This document shows, in pieces, positions 43,847-53,021 of a stretch of DNA of 64,000 nt (position 1 is the stretch's first letter; the number at the start of each line of letters is the position of its first letter). A model generated the notes under the pieces. The model did not search any database, was not told the origin of the DNA, and saw only the letters and a program-made list of their open reading frames with translations. The position numbers were made by a program, and so were the translations under genes. Source of the stretch: Flavobacterium sp. (GTDB lineage: Bacteria; Bacteroidota; Bacteroidia; Flavobacteriales; Flavobacteriaceae); contig JAQSDU010000004.1 in assembly GCA_029946065.1 (NCBI GenBank), positions 35,201 through 99,200 on the forward strand, read 5' to 3'.

Positions 43847-45856
43847 TCAATTTGAAATGGAAACTAATTGATAGGTGCATTTTTCACTTCCGACGATATT
43901 GTCAATCTTGATAAAGGTTGCAGCCTGACCACCTTGCAGGGTTATATGTGAGTTACCGCTTAAATAGATATTTCCAGTAGAGGAAGTCATTTGGTCAAAA
44001 GTTATTGAACCCATATTAGCTCTGAGAAAAATAGTTTCACCAGCACCGATAGTTGTATTCAATCTATTTATGTGACTACTAGAAGTATCCACAAAAACCA
44101 ATTTTTTTCCTTCTGTAGTGATACTATTATCGATAATTTGGACTGTTTGCATGACCCCAAAACTCTCACTTAGTATTATATCGCTAAATTGATTGTCTTT
44201 TAAATTTATAGTATTATTATTACCAATCCCCAGAACAAATTTTTCATCTTTTTCAGGTTTACCGACTATAACATAATTCCTTTCGATGTTTACCGATGAA
44301 TTTTCAACATCAATGCATCTTCCTGTTCCTTCTGGAAAATGCGAACCTGGTTGATCACCAAAACCAGCAGAATTCCCAAAACGACTATTTAAAATATTTA
44401 TAGCAGTTGACTTTTTTATTTTTATTGCAAGATCCAAAGTTTCAAACCAACAATTGTCAATAGTAATATTTTCTGCATGTTCTAAATTTATTCCAAATTC
44501 GGAATCCTGAAAACTACAGTTAATAAAAGACAAGACCGCAGACCACAAGTCATTCTCATCTTTTCTGGAAATATCAACATTTGTACCTTCATTTTTAATT
44601 CCATCAAAAGTACAATTAAGGAAAGTGGTCTGGCCAAGCTGTCCATTAATTTTTAAAGCATTGTACTTGTCGGAATGCCTGACAACCCTGACATTCTCAA
44701 AATTTAAAAATTGGTTTGGCAATATATAATTTGATGAATCGCCACCTTCCAGATAAATTCCGTTACCACCACAATTAATAATCGATATATTTTTAAAAGA
44801 GGAACACCAAATGCCACCTGCATTATTTTCTGGTGCCTTTAGCGAACTTTTCAAGTGGAAACCGCCGACACCGTCTTTTTTATTCAAATTTATCACGAAG
44901 TTTTCCATTTTAAAATTGTTAACAATCCCTTTATCCAATTCGAACATGTAACCAGTTTCATAATTGCCCTCATGGTCTGCAAATTGTGTTCCGGAATCAC
45001 CTAATAAATTAACCTTGTCTTTTAAAATAATTGTGTTATCAATGTAATAGGTTCCACTTGGGAAATAAATAGTCATTCCCAAATAAGGATTGCTTAATGT
45101 TGAATTGCTGAAGTTATATTGCGTTGCAAAATCAATTGCTTTTTGTATTTGTTCTGAATTTGAAAATCCAGAAACTGGCATTTCCCAATCCCGTACTACA
45201 CCAAAAAACCTTGCGTTAATATAACCATTGTATTGCCTTAACCACCGTCCATTTCCGGTGTTTGAAATTGGTTTTATAATAGTACCATCATTATCATCTT
45301 GACTGTCCTCGAATTTATAATTAAAGTAACCTCCGCCACCGTCTCCAACGTACCAATATCCATTTACATAGACTAAATCATTTGGTTGAGGATTTAAATT
45401 GCGTAAATCGCTTATTGTATTAACAGTCTTCATATTTATAGATGCCGTATTTTCTGAATATAAGGCATAAGGAACACTCATCAACTGGCTGATGCCCACC
45501 AAAGCATAGGAGGTGCCGCCAGCAGGGTCAATCTCTACTTTTAAAAATCTACTATTTCCCCCCCAGTTGATTGATGCAAAAGTTCCGGTTTCTGCGGCGC
45601 CCATTCCTATGGTCAGGCTGTAGAATCCTTGGGAATTTGTAGTCGGGCCATTACTATTGCTGAACGTTTCCACGTATAATGCTGTTCCTGAGGTAGAACC
45701 GTCAAGAATACTAAATCTTACGGAAATTAAATGTGTATTTACCGGGTTACCGCCGGAATCATATGCAATCGCCTGATAACTCATTCCCTGGGGTGCCTGT
45801 GCATATAAGCTGATACCAAAAATTAGACAAAACAAGTTTAAGATAATTTCTCTCAT
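43847..45856 (-). CDS. Secreted right-handed beta-helix (pectate-lyase/tailspike-like) protein, putative polysaccharide depolymerase
   Basis: 669 aa with signal peptide ...ISLYAQ. The N-terminal module is QGMSYQAIAYDSGGNPV...LKVEIDPAGGTSY...LMSVPYALYS. INARFFGVVRDWE...SNSEQIQKAIDFA resembles the start of Pectate_lyase_3/tailspike domains. Many N/G-rich beta-helix rungs follow. Confidence 0.6.
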   Translation of the reverse strand: MREIILNLFCLIFGISLYAQAPQGMSYQAIAYDSGGNPVNTHLISVRFSILDGSTSGTALYVETFSNSNGPTTNSQGFYSLTIGMGAAETGTFASINWGGNSRFLKVEIDPAGGTSYALVGISQLMSVPYALYSENTASINMKTVNTISDLRNLNPQPNDLVYVNGYWYVGDGGGGYFNYKFEDSQDDNDGTIIKPISNTGNGRWLRQYNGYINARFFGVVRDWEMPVSGFSNSEQIQKAIDFATQYNFSNSTLSNPYLGMTIYFPSGTYYIDNTIILKDKVNLLGDSGTQFADHEGNYETGYMFELDKGIVNNFKMENFVINLNKKDGVGGFHLKSSLKAPENNAGGIWCSSFKNISIINCGGNGIYLEGGDSSNYILPNQFLNFENVRVVRHSDKYNALKINGQLGQTTFLNCTFDGIKNEGTNVDISRKDENDLWSAVLSFINCSFQDSEFGINLEHAENITIDNCWFETLDLAIKIKKSTAINILNSRFGNSAGFGDQPGSHFPEGTGRCIDVENSSVNIERNYVIVGKPEKDEKFVLGIGNNNTINLKDNQFSDIILSESFGVMQTVQIIDNSITTEGKKLVFVDTSSSHINRLNTTIGAGETIFLRANMGSITFDQMTSSTGNIYLSGNSHITLQGGQAATFIKIDNIVGSEKCTYQLVSISN

Positions 45857-45866
45857 CGGGTAGTAG

Positions 45867-46277
45867 TTATTTTTTTATGATTTTATAATTAGGGGCATTT
45901 TTATCGAACCTAACAAAGTAAACCCCTGATTTTAAGAAAGAAATATTTACAGTGTTATTTACTACTTTCCCTGAATAAATGATTTTTCCTTCGACTGTAC
46001 AGATTTTTATTTCTTTTATTGCCGATTTGTCTCCAGTCTCAAAAAATAAATCATCAGTAACTGGATTTGGAAAAACAACAATTTTGGAAAGGGTTTCATC
46101 TGTAATAGCCGATCGGTTTCCGGTCAATACTGCGGGAGAAACTAAAATCCTTCCCACTACAAATGCCGTACTACTATTGGAAGTACTTCCGGAACAAACA
46201 TATGATGGAAAGGTTGGGTTTGTTTGTGCATGAATAAAAAAGGGACAAAAAAACAAAAAAGAATAAAGTTTTGTCAT
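45867..46277 (-). CDS. Mini T9SS cargo: signal peptide, ~50-aa passenger, type-A-like C-terminal sorting domain
   Basis: 136 aa. MTKLYSFLFFCPFFIHAQ is the signal peptide. The C-terminus VVFPNPVTDDLFFE...IKICTVEGKIIYSGKV...LKSGVYFVRF... matches the Por_Secre_tail pattern. Confidence 0.65.
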   Translation of the reverse strand: MTKLYSFLFFCPFFIHAQTNPTFPSYVCSGSTSNSSTAFVVGRILVSPAVLTGNRSAITDETLSKIVVFPNPVTDDLFFETGDKSAIKEIKICTVEGKIIYSGKVVNNTVNISFLKSGVYFVRFDKNAPNYKIIKK

Positions 46278-46593
46278 AGTATAAATAAGTAAAAGTTAAC
46301 AATTTCAATTATATTAATGAAAATTTAACCGGTGCATCTGGTTATTATAAATAAATCACCTTGAGGAAGAACCCACGATGTATTAGTTAAAATGCTTTCA
46401 TTAATTATTTTAACTATATTAAAAACAGTAATATTACTGTCAAATATAGTAAAGATTTCTTAGTGAATATCTTACAAAACAAACGTTTTTAAAGTTTTCT
46501 AAGATGAAGTTTTTTCTCTTAACTTTATTTCGATACTAAATTAGACTTTTCTGAGTTGATAATTTCTGTAACAAGCGGATGTTATTGTTAAAA

Positions 46594-46756
46594 ATAATTC
46601 GAAATTCATAAAATTAAAATAGCTTTACAAGCCATCCCAACTACAGCTTATCCCACACCGGCAAAAAGGCCAAAATATAGTGCCTTGGATAAAAATAAGA
46701 TAAAAAGTGTTTTTGGAATCGAAATACACCATTGGGAAAAAAGCCTAAACCCGTAA
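46594..46756 (+). pseudogene. rfbD: Relic 3' end of a second, diverged rfbD allele
   Basis: Hand alignment to 43621..43791. The relic translates FEIHKIKIALQAIPTTAYPTPAKRPKYSALDKNKIKSVFGIEIHHWEKSLNP*. Intact rfbD reads FEINKIEIALQPIPTTAYPTPAKRPKYSVLDKNKIKSVFGITIKDWDESLKKP*. An in-frame TAA at 46595..46597 lies immediately upstream and there is no start codon. Confidence 0.85.
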
Positions 46757-46968
46757 TTTTTCCGTTAAAAACAACAACTTGTATTTTATCCGTTTGGTTA
46801 GAAAAATTAGGGATTTTCGAGCTTATAAAAGACAGCGGATAGTACTTAAAGACAATTAACTCAAAGAATTTTTCTGAGCAGTTTTTATAAACCAGGCTTT
46901 ATTAGATTGCCGACAGCATTAATTTATTAAAACTATATTTTAATCAACTGCTTTTAACTCAAATTTTA

Positions 46969-46976
46969 TAGATTTG
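46969..46976 (+). promoter_or_regulatory. Candidate -7 box TAGATTTG
   Basis: Matches TAnnTTTG and lies about 100 nt upstream of the GT2 start at 47080. Confidence 0.3.
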
Positions 46977-47079
46977 CCGGTACCAACAAGCAGCTGTCGG
47001 AACAATATAGTGCGTATAAAACAAGTATTTGGGTTGCTATTAAAGACTGAAAGAAAGTATAAATCAATATTTACAGCCA

Positions 47080-48024
47080 TTGAAACAAATAGACATTTCC
47101 ATAATAGTCCCGCTGTACAACGAAGAAGCCGTTTTTGACCAGCTTATCCAAAGACTCACAAATGTCATTGACAACACAGCATTTTCCTGTGAAGTCATTT
47201 TGATTAATGACGGCAGCAGTGATAAAACGGATGTATTGGTTGAAAAAATTTGCCAGAACGATGATAGGTTTACAGGTGTTTTATTATCCAGAAATCACGG
47301 ACACCAATTGGCGGTCAGTGCCGGATTGACTTATGTTAGAGGAAAAAAGGGAGCGATGATCATTGATGGCGATTTGCAAGATCCTCCGGAATTGGTCAAT
47401 GACTTTTATGCGCTTTTAGAAAATGGTTATGATGTGATTTATGCCATTCGAAAAAACAGAAAAGAAAGTTTCTTTAAAAAACTCGCTTATGCAGCCTATT
47501 ACAGGCTTCAGAAAAAAATATCCAGTTTTAACATTCCGATCGACAGTGGCGATTTCTCGATGTTGAGCCGCAGGGTTGTGGACAACATTAACAATATGCC
47601 GGAGCAAAGCCGTTATCTGCGGGGCATGCGCGCCTGGGTTGGCTTCAAGCAAATTGGATTTGAATACGACCGCGATGAAAGGCAGGCCGGAGAAACCAAA
47701 TACAGTTGGGGAAAATTATTCGAATTGGCGTTTAACGGTATTTTTAATTTTAGCGATTTTCCGGTAAGGTTTATAACAAGACTTGGATTTGTAACGGTCT
47801 TTTTCTCTCTTATTTATTTTGCCTACAATGTTTATAGAAAAGTATTTTATAATGATGTTCCTCAAGGATTTACAGCGACGATACTGGCCATAATTTTATT
47901 TAGTGGCGTTCAGTTGATTTCTCTCGGATTGATTGGAGAATATGTGCTAAGAATTTATAACCAAGTTCGTAACAGGCCACTTTTTATCATTGATAAAGTA
48001 ATAAAAATGGATATCGAGAAATGA
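47080..48024 (+). CDS. GT2 polyprenyl-phosphate glycosyltransferase (GtrB/CsbB/ArnC-like, two C-terminal TM helices)
   Basis: 314 aa with a TTG start. ISIIVPLYNEE, ILINDGSSDKT, SRNHGHQ and IDGDLQDPPE are present. Two C-terminal TMs are VTVFFSLIYFAYNVY and ILAIILFSGVQLISLGLIGEYV. Confidence 0.8.
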   Translation: MKQIDISIIVPLYNEEAVFDQLIQRLTNVIDNTAFSCEVILINDGSSDKTDVLVEKICQNDDRFTGVLLSRNHGHQLAVSAGLTYVRGKKGAMIIDGDLQDPPELVNDFYALLENGYDVIYAIRKNRKESFFKKLAYAAYYRLQKKISSFNIPIDSGDFSMLSRRVVDNINNMPEQSRYLRGMRAWVGFKQIGFEYDRDERQAGETKYSWGKLFELAFNGIFNFSDFPVRFITRLGFVTVFFSLIYFAYNVYRKVFYNDVPQGFTATILAIILFSGVQLISLGLIGEYVLRIYNQVRNRPLFIIDKVIKMDIEK

Positions 48025-48254
48025 GATAAATACTATAAGGGCATTATGATTTCGAAAGTAATCACGGTGGTTTGTAGTGCGTTAAAAAATAAAATCAAGC
48101 TTAATACTGAGGAATTTTAAGAAACGTTCGGGATATCATATTCCAATGTTCCACAGCAATTTCAACAACCATTTTTGACTATTAGACCAATAGAAACATC
48201 CTTATCTGAGTTGTATTCTATGGAACATTATCAAAAGCATTGGTTTTCGTAGTA

Positions 48255-48992
48255 TTACTTAAAAAATCTGTATTTTATAATACAGAAAATAGCCCTGAAA
48301 CCATCTTTCCAGCCAATTTTTTTTCCTTCTTCAAAAGTTCGTCCATAATAACTAATACCAACTTCATAGATTCTTATTTTTGGAATTTTAGAAATTTTTG
48401 CAGTAACTTCAGGTTCAAATCCAAACCTTTTTTCTTTTAAATCAAGTGATTTTATAACGTCAGCCCTAAACATCTTATAACAAGTTTCCATATCGCTAAG
48501 GTTCAAGTTTGTGAGGGAGTTACTCATAAAAGTTAAAATTTTGTTTCCGATACTGTGCCAGAAAAACAGTATTCTGTGCGGTTTTCCTCCCATAAACCGG
48601 CTTCCATAGACCACATCTGCAAAATTATTTAAAATGGGTTTTAAAAGAATATTATATTCTTCAGGATCATATTCCAAATCGGCGTCTTGTATGATAATAA
48701 TGTCGCCCGAGGCTTTATTAATTCCCGTGTGCAAAGCGGCTCCTTTGCCCATATTTTTAGGGTGCTCATAAAATGAAATATTCATCTCAGGATTACTGCC
48801 CATATAACCTCTAACCGCATCTGCAGTATTGTCGTTACTAAAATCATTAACAATCACAATCTCTTTTTCAAGAGAATTGATTAAAGCTACCGTTTTGATC
48901 TTATCTAAAATGCGAAAAATTGTTGGCCCCTCATTGTAAGCAGGTATAATAATCGACAGCTTTTTAAACTCCATTTGATTAAAATTTTTCAA
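48255..48992 (-). CDS. GT2 glycosyltransferase, Dpm1-like (polyprenyl/dolichyl-phosphate sugar synthase type, no TM)
   Basis: 245 aa with [44 protein letters not shown] and VYGSRF. Confidence 0.75.
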   Translation of the reverse strand: MKNFNQMEFKKLSIIIPAYNEGPTIFRILDKIKTVALINSLEKEIVIVNDFSNDNTADAVRGYMGSNPEMNISFYEHPKNMGKGAALHTGINKASGDIIIIQDADLEYDPEEYNILLKPILNNFADVVYGSRFMGGKPHRILFFWHSIGNKILTFMSNSLTNLNLSDMETCYKMFRADVIKSLDLKEKRFGFEPEVTAKISKIPKIRIYEVGISYYGRTFEEGKKIGWKDGFRAIFCIIKYRFFK

Positions 48993-49118
48993 ATTTAGTT
49001 TTTTAAAAATAAACCGAATAAATAAAATTTAGTTTTTTCTGTTTTTTGAAATTACTTGTTAAACACAGTCAATATTTATATAATTTTACGACCAATTAAT
49101 TAATTAATAAAGAAAGAG

Positions 49119-51626
49119 ATGGTTAAGAGATTTTTAAACGAAAACAATAAGTTATACCTCCTGTTATTTTTCATTTCTCTTGTTTCATATCACTTCGCCT
49201 ACGGACTCTTTACTTTAAATCCAACAAATATTGGCTGGTTAATGAATGCTTACCATGATTGGGGACAGCATTATCTTGGAGCAGCTTATTACAGACAAGA
49301 AGCTTGGCATTTCCCACTGGGCGACATGAATACGTTCTATTATCCGGTTGGGACGAATGTTGGGTTTACCGATTGCATCCCGTTAATGGCATTTTTAACA
49401 AAGATATTTTCGGTTTTTTTACCGGAAGATTTTCAATATTTTGGTTTTTGGCTTTTTAGTTGTATGTATCTAAATGCATTTTTCACAGCGAAGATTTTAA
49501 AATTATTCAGAGTTAACAATATTATAATTATACTGGCTTGTATTTTAATGATTACTAATCCGGTATTGATTTTCAGAGGGATTCAGGCTTCGGCATGTGC
49601 ACACTGGCTGTTTTTAGGGTCTTTTTATTATTATTTAAAGCCTACAAACAAAGAAAGCGTAGTGAGTAATTATAAAAAGCAAGGGCTTATGATGTTATTG
49701 AGCGCAGCAATAAATCCTTATTTAGCAATAATGACAACTGGTTTTGTTGTCATACTTTCGATTAAAAATTATTTTTATGATAAGTCATTAACAAAAAAAA
49801 TGGCATTCTTACTTCCGGTTGCTGCAATTGCGGTTTCTGTTGTGTTTTGGATAGTTTTTGGAATGCTAGAGCTGAAAAGCAAAACAGACTTGGCAGTTGG
49901 AACAATTTATGGTAAAATATATTCCTTTAACCTCAATTCTTTTTATAATTCTTATGGGTTTTACTCAAAGTTTATTCCCCAGTTAGGGATGACAAATGAT
50001 ACCCAGCACGAAGGCTTTGCTTATTTGGGGCTTGGAATGATAATTCTAGTTGTTTTTTCATTAATAGTACTTACCTATTTCATCATTACCAAGAAGATAA
50101 ATAAAAAGCACTCCTATGTGTTGCCACTTGTGTTATTGTGCTTCTTTATGCTAATTTTTGCAATAACAAATGTAGTTACTTACGGCACTGAAATAATATT
50201 TGAATATCCTACACTTGGAATAGTTGAGAAGGTCGGAGATGTTTTCAGGGCAGTTGGAAGATTTTCATGGCCGTTCTATTATTTATTATACTGTATGGCA
50301 TTTGTTGTTTTTAGTAAAGCAAAGATGAATACGATACTAAAATGTTTGTTATTGCTGTCAATAACTTGTTTTCAGCTGTATGATATTGAAAATATTATTA
50401 CTTCCAGAGATTTGAAAAGCGGTGGCTTTGATTCAAAACTTGATGAAGAAAAATGGAAGCTGGTCATCGATAATTTTGACGAGGTTTTAACCTATCCGCC
50501 ATACATAAACAATATGGTTTACAAAATGGATTACCAAGACCTCATGTTTGTGGCCTTAAAGTCAAAAAAACCCATTTCGATTGGATATGTTGCAAGAGAA
50601 AATGTTGTGGAAGGAAGGGCGTATAAAGACACTTTATATAACAGAATTAAAAGAGGAGAAATCGCTAAAAATCAACTTTTTGTGACCAATAAAGAAAATT
50701 TGAAAGATTTTGATGTACTGATTTATAAAGGGAAAGTTAATATAAAAAGATTGGATAAATTTTTACTTATATATTCTAAAGCAACCCCGCTTAGGACTGA
50801 ATATAAAGAGTTGCCGGAGGATAAAAAATATGTTGACTCTGTTCAAAACTATTATAGCTCTTTATCGGTCTTGAAGCCATTTAAGAGCCCAATTGTAACA
50901 AAAGAAGAAATACAATTCAATATCGAATCATTTGTTAATAGTGAAGATGTTATCCAGATTACAGGTTGGGCATTTTTGAAAGCAACAAATAACAATTCTA
51001 AAGACACAATTTATATTGCTTTGTCAAGTAAAAGCAACACTTATATTTTCCCTACAAAAACATCGGTAAGAGGTGACATAACTGGAGCGTTTAAAAAGGA
51101 AAATCTGGATAACTCGGGATTTAGTGCTACCTTTTTTACGGATAAGCTACCAAAAGACACTTACAACTTAGCACTGGTAATTAAAGATAAAAATGGAAAT
51201 TATCACAGCAGCAAAACCGACCTACTGTCAGAAGTTGGAAAAAAAGATTTCAAAAAACCATTAGAAATTAAATCTACTCCAACAGCAGGAGATATTATCT
51301 CAAATATTGAAAAAATTGAAACGAAGAAAGGAATTATAAATATAAGTGGTTGGGCTGCAAATAATAAGCAAAGCTCTAAGGATAAGGCGGTTAAAATCGT
51401 TTTAATTTCAGCGAAACATAAATATGAATTTGAAACAGATTTAATCATTAGGAATGATGTGACCGTTTACTTGGAAAATAAATTCAATTATGATTTTTCT
51501 GGATTTAAACTAAAAATTAGAACAGAGGATATCGATAAGGGAGATTATACAGTTGGAATAATCATTAAAGACAATAAAACAAGTAAAGAAACGTTCAAGT
51601 TATCGGACAAGAAATTAAAATATTAA
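49119..51626 (+). CDS. Large polytopic membrane protein, GT-C-like (possibly DUF6311), with a duplicated ~110-aa C-terminal extracytoplasmic domain
   Basis: 835 aa with at least 10 hydrophobic segments in the first ~420 aa. The N-terminal loop is HDWGQHYLGAAYYRQEAWHFPLG. The C-terminal internal repeat is VIQITGWAFLKATNNNSKDTIYIAL...DTYNLALVIKDKNGN versus IINISGWAANNKQSSKDKAVKIVL...GDYTVGIIIKDNKTS. Confidence 0.55.
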   Translation: MVKRFLNENNKLYLLLFFISLVSYHFAYGLFTLNPTNIGWLMNAYHDWGQHYLGAAYYRQEAWHFPLGDMNTFYYPVGTNVGFTDCIPLMAFLTKIFSVFLPEDFQYFGFWLFSCMYLNAFFTAKILKLFRVNNIIIILACILMITNPVLIFRGIQASACAHWLFLGSFYYYLKPTNKESVVSNYKKQGLMMLLSAAINPYLAIMTTGFVVILSIKNYFYDKSLTKKMAFLLPVAAIAVSVVFWIVFGMLELKSKTDLAVGTIYGKIYSFNLNSFYNSYGFYSKFIPQLGMTNDTQHEGFAYLGLGMIILVVFSLIVLTYFIITKKINKKHSYVLPLVLLCFFMLIFAITNVVTYGTEIIFEYPTLGIVEKVGDVFRAVGRFSWPFYYLLYCMAFVVFSKAKMNTILKCLLLLSITCFQLYDIENIITSRDLKSGGFDSKLDEEKWKLVIDNFDEVLTYPPYINNMVYKMDYQDLMFVALKSKKPISIGYVARENVVEGRAYKDTLYNRIKRGEIAKNQLFVTNKENLKDFDVLIYKGKVNIKRLDKFLLIYSKATPLRTEYKELPEDKKYVDSVQNYYSSLSVLKPFKSPIVTKEEIQFNIESFVNSEDVIQITGWAFLKATNNNSKDTIYIALSSKSNTYIFPTKTSVRGDITGAFKKENLDNSGFSATFFTDKLPKDTYNLALVIKDKNGNYHSSKTDLLSEVGKKDFKKPLEIKSTPTAGDIISNIEKIETKKGIINISGWAANNKQSSKDKAVKIVLISAKHKYEFETDLIIRNDVTVYLENKFNYDFSGFKLKIRTEDIDKGDYTVGIIIKDNKTSKETFKLSDKKLKY

Positions 51627-51652
51627 AATAATATTTGATATTAAAAATATTA

Positions 51653-51660
51653 TATATTTG
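51653..51660 (+). promoter_or_regulatory. Candidate -7 box TATATTTG
   Basis: Matches TAnnTTTG and lies 19 nt upstream of ATG 51679. Confidence 0.45.
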
Positions 51661-51678
51661 CACAAAATTATTTAAAAA

Positions 51679-52209
51679 ATGAAATCATATTTTTTATCAG
51701 GTTTACTATTAAGTGTTTTATTTTTATCGTGTAAAGACAATAAAAAAACAGAGACAGAAAATACAGAAGCGACCAAACCATTTACGGTAACGGTTAATGC
51801 GATTGTAGAAAAAGATGATATTTTCCAAATTTTTTATAATGAAGATGGCGGAGACAACTTTGCACCAGCAGATGCAATAACAATAAATGTTAAAGGAAAC
51901 GCACAACCTCAGGATTTAGTTTTTCAATTACCTGAAGACGCTTCACCGATGGCGTTGCGTTTTGATATTGGCGGCAACAAGGATTTAAAGCAAGTGCCTT
52001 TCAAAGGTTTTAAAATCGAATATTTAGGAAAAAAAATAGAATCAAATTCGGCAGAGTTTTTCAAGTATTTTTATGGAAATGCTCAGGTAGAACTTGATAC
52101 GGTTAATACAGTAGCTAAAATCAAAGCGCCTGTTGATGGCAATTATGATCCGATTTTAGGTTCAACAGTCGCTTTAAAAGCGGCGATAGAAAAGTTATAT
52201 AAGCAATAA
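51679..52209 (+). CDS. Hypothetical lipoprotein
   Basis: 176 aa with lipobox LSVLFLSC. No family was recognised. Confidence 0.55.
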   Translation: MKSYFLSGLLLSVLFLSCKDNKKTETENTEATKPFTVTVNAIVEKDDIFQIFYNEDGGDNFAPADAITINVKGNAQPQDLVFQLPEDASPMALRFDIGGNKDLKQVPFKGFKIEYLGKKIESNSAEFFKYFYGNAQVELDTVNTVAKIKAPVDGNYDPILGSTVALKAAIEKLYKQ

Positions 52210-52232
52210 AAAGTATACAGATTATCATAAAA

Positions 52233-52262
52233 ATAGGAACCTGATGGTTCCTATTTTTTTTT
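52233..52262. terminator. Bidirectional rho-independent terminator
   Basis: Stem ATAGGAACC / GGTTCCTAT with a 4-nt loop is followed by T8-9. The stop codon of the minus-strand GT2 gene lies inside the stem. Confidence 0.75.
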
Positions 52263-53021
52263 GATCAAAATCTTAATATAACATTTTGCCAACGAACTAT
52301 AAAAATCATAATAAGAAAGCAATTTAGGATTGTAATTGTATTTCAACTTCACCACAAGCGCTTCTTTCAGGGCTTTATAAATTTGGTTACTAATGCCGCC
52401 GTTTTGCATTTTCGCTGTTATTTCCTTAAAATACGCAGGCCTTATAACATCTTTACTTCGGATATAAAAATCGAGATCGCCAACAATTTTATAAGAAGGG
52501 TCAAAAAAGCCTATTTTTTCAAACAGCTCTTTTTTATGAAACGACCCCACTTGTGCAGTGTCCATATCGCGAATTACTTTCTCCCAACGATAGGCTTTCC
52601 CAAAAACACTAAGATTTTCACCGTTAGCATTGATAAGTTGCACCTGTGAAGAAATATAGTTGCTGTTGGAGTTATTTTGAATGTGTGTGAAGTACGTATT
52701 TAAGGCATTGGGCATATAACTATCATCTGAACCTAAAAAGCTGATCCATTCGCCTTCACTGAGCTTGACTCCCTTGTTCCAAGCATCATAAACGCCTTTG
52801 TCTTTTTCTGAAATATAGCGGTAAGAAATGTTTTTTGCTGTAAATAAAGCTTCAAAAGACGCAATGATTTTTAGTGTATTGTCTTTTGAATTCCCATCAA
52901 CAATGATGTATTCAAAATCCGTGAAATCTTGATCCAAAAGGGATTTTATAGTCGTAGCAATGGTTCTTTCACTATTGAAAGAAGCCGTAATTATAGAGAA
53001 AAAAGGTTTTTTACTTGACAT
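52251..53021 (-). CDS. GT2 glycosyltransferase
   Basis: The start is taken at MSSKKPFFSIITASFNSERTI. YIIVDGNSKDNT and the DxD-like LGSDDS are present. It overlaps the flippase stop by 11 nt. Confidence 0.8.
   Translation of the reverse strand: MSSKKPFFSIITASFNSERTIATTIKSLLDQDFTDFEYIIVDGNSKDNTLKIIASFEALFTAKNISYRYISEKDKGVYDAWNKGVKLSEGEWISFLGSDDSYMPNALNTYFTHIQNNSNSNYISSQVQLINANGENLSVFGKAYRWEKVIRDMDTAQVGSFHKKELFEKIGFFDPSYKIVGDLDFYIRSKDVIRPAYFKEITAKMQNGGISNQIYKALKEALVVKLKYNYNPKLLSYYDFYSSLAKCYIKILIKKK

Noticed and set aside
48144-48229. 9-bp inverted repeat AATGTTCCA / TGGAACATT, resembling half of the GTTCCACGTGAAAC element
   Set aside because: The arms are short and about 68 nt apart in a convergent-terminator gap. 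The similarity to the palindromic element is only a 7-8-mer and could be chance.
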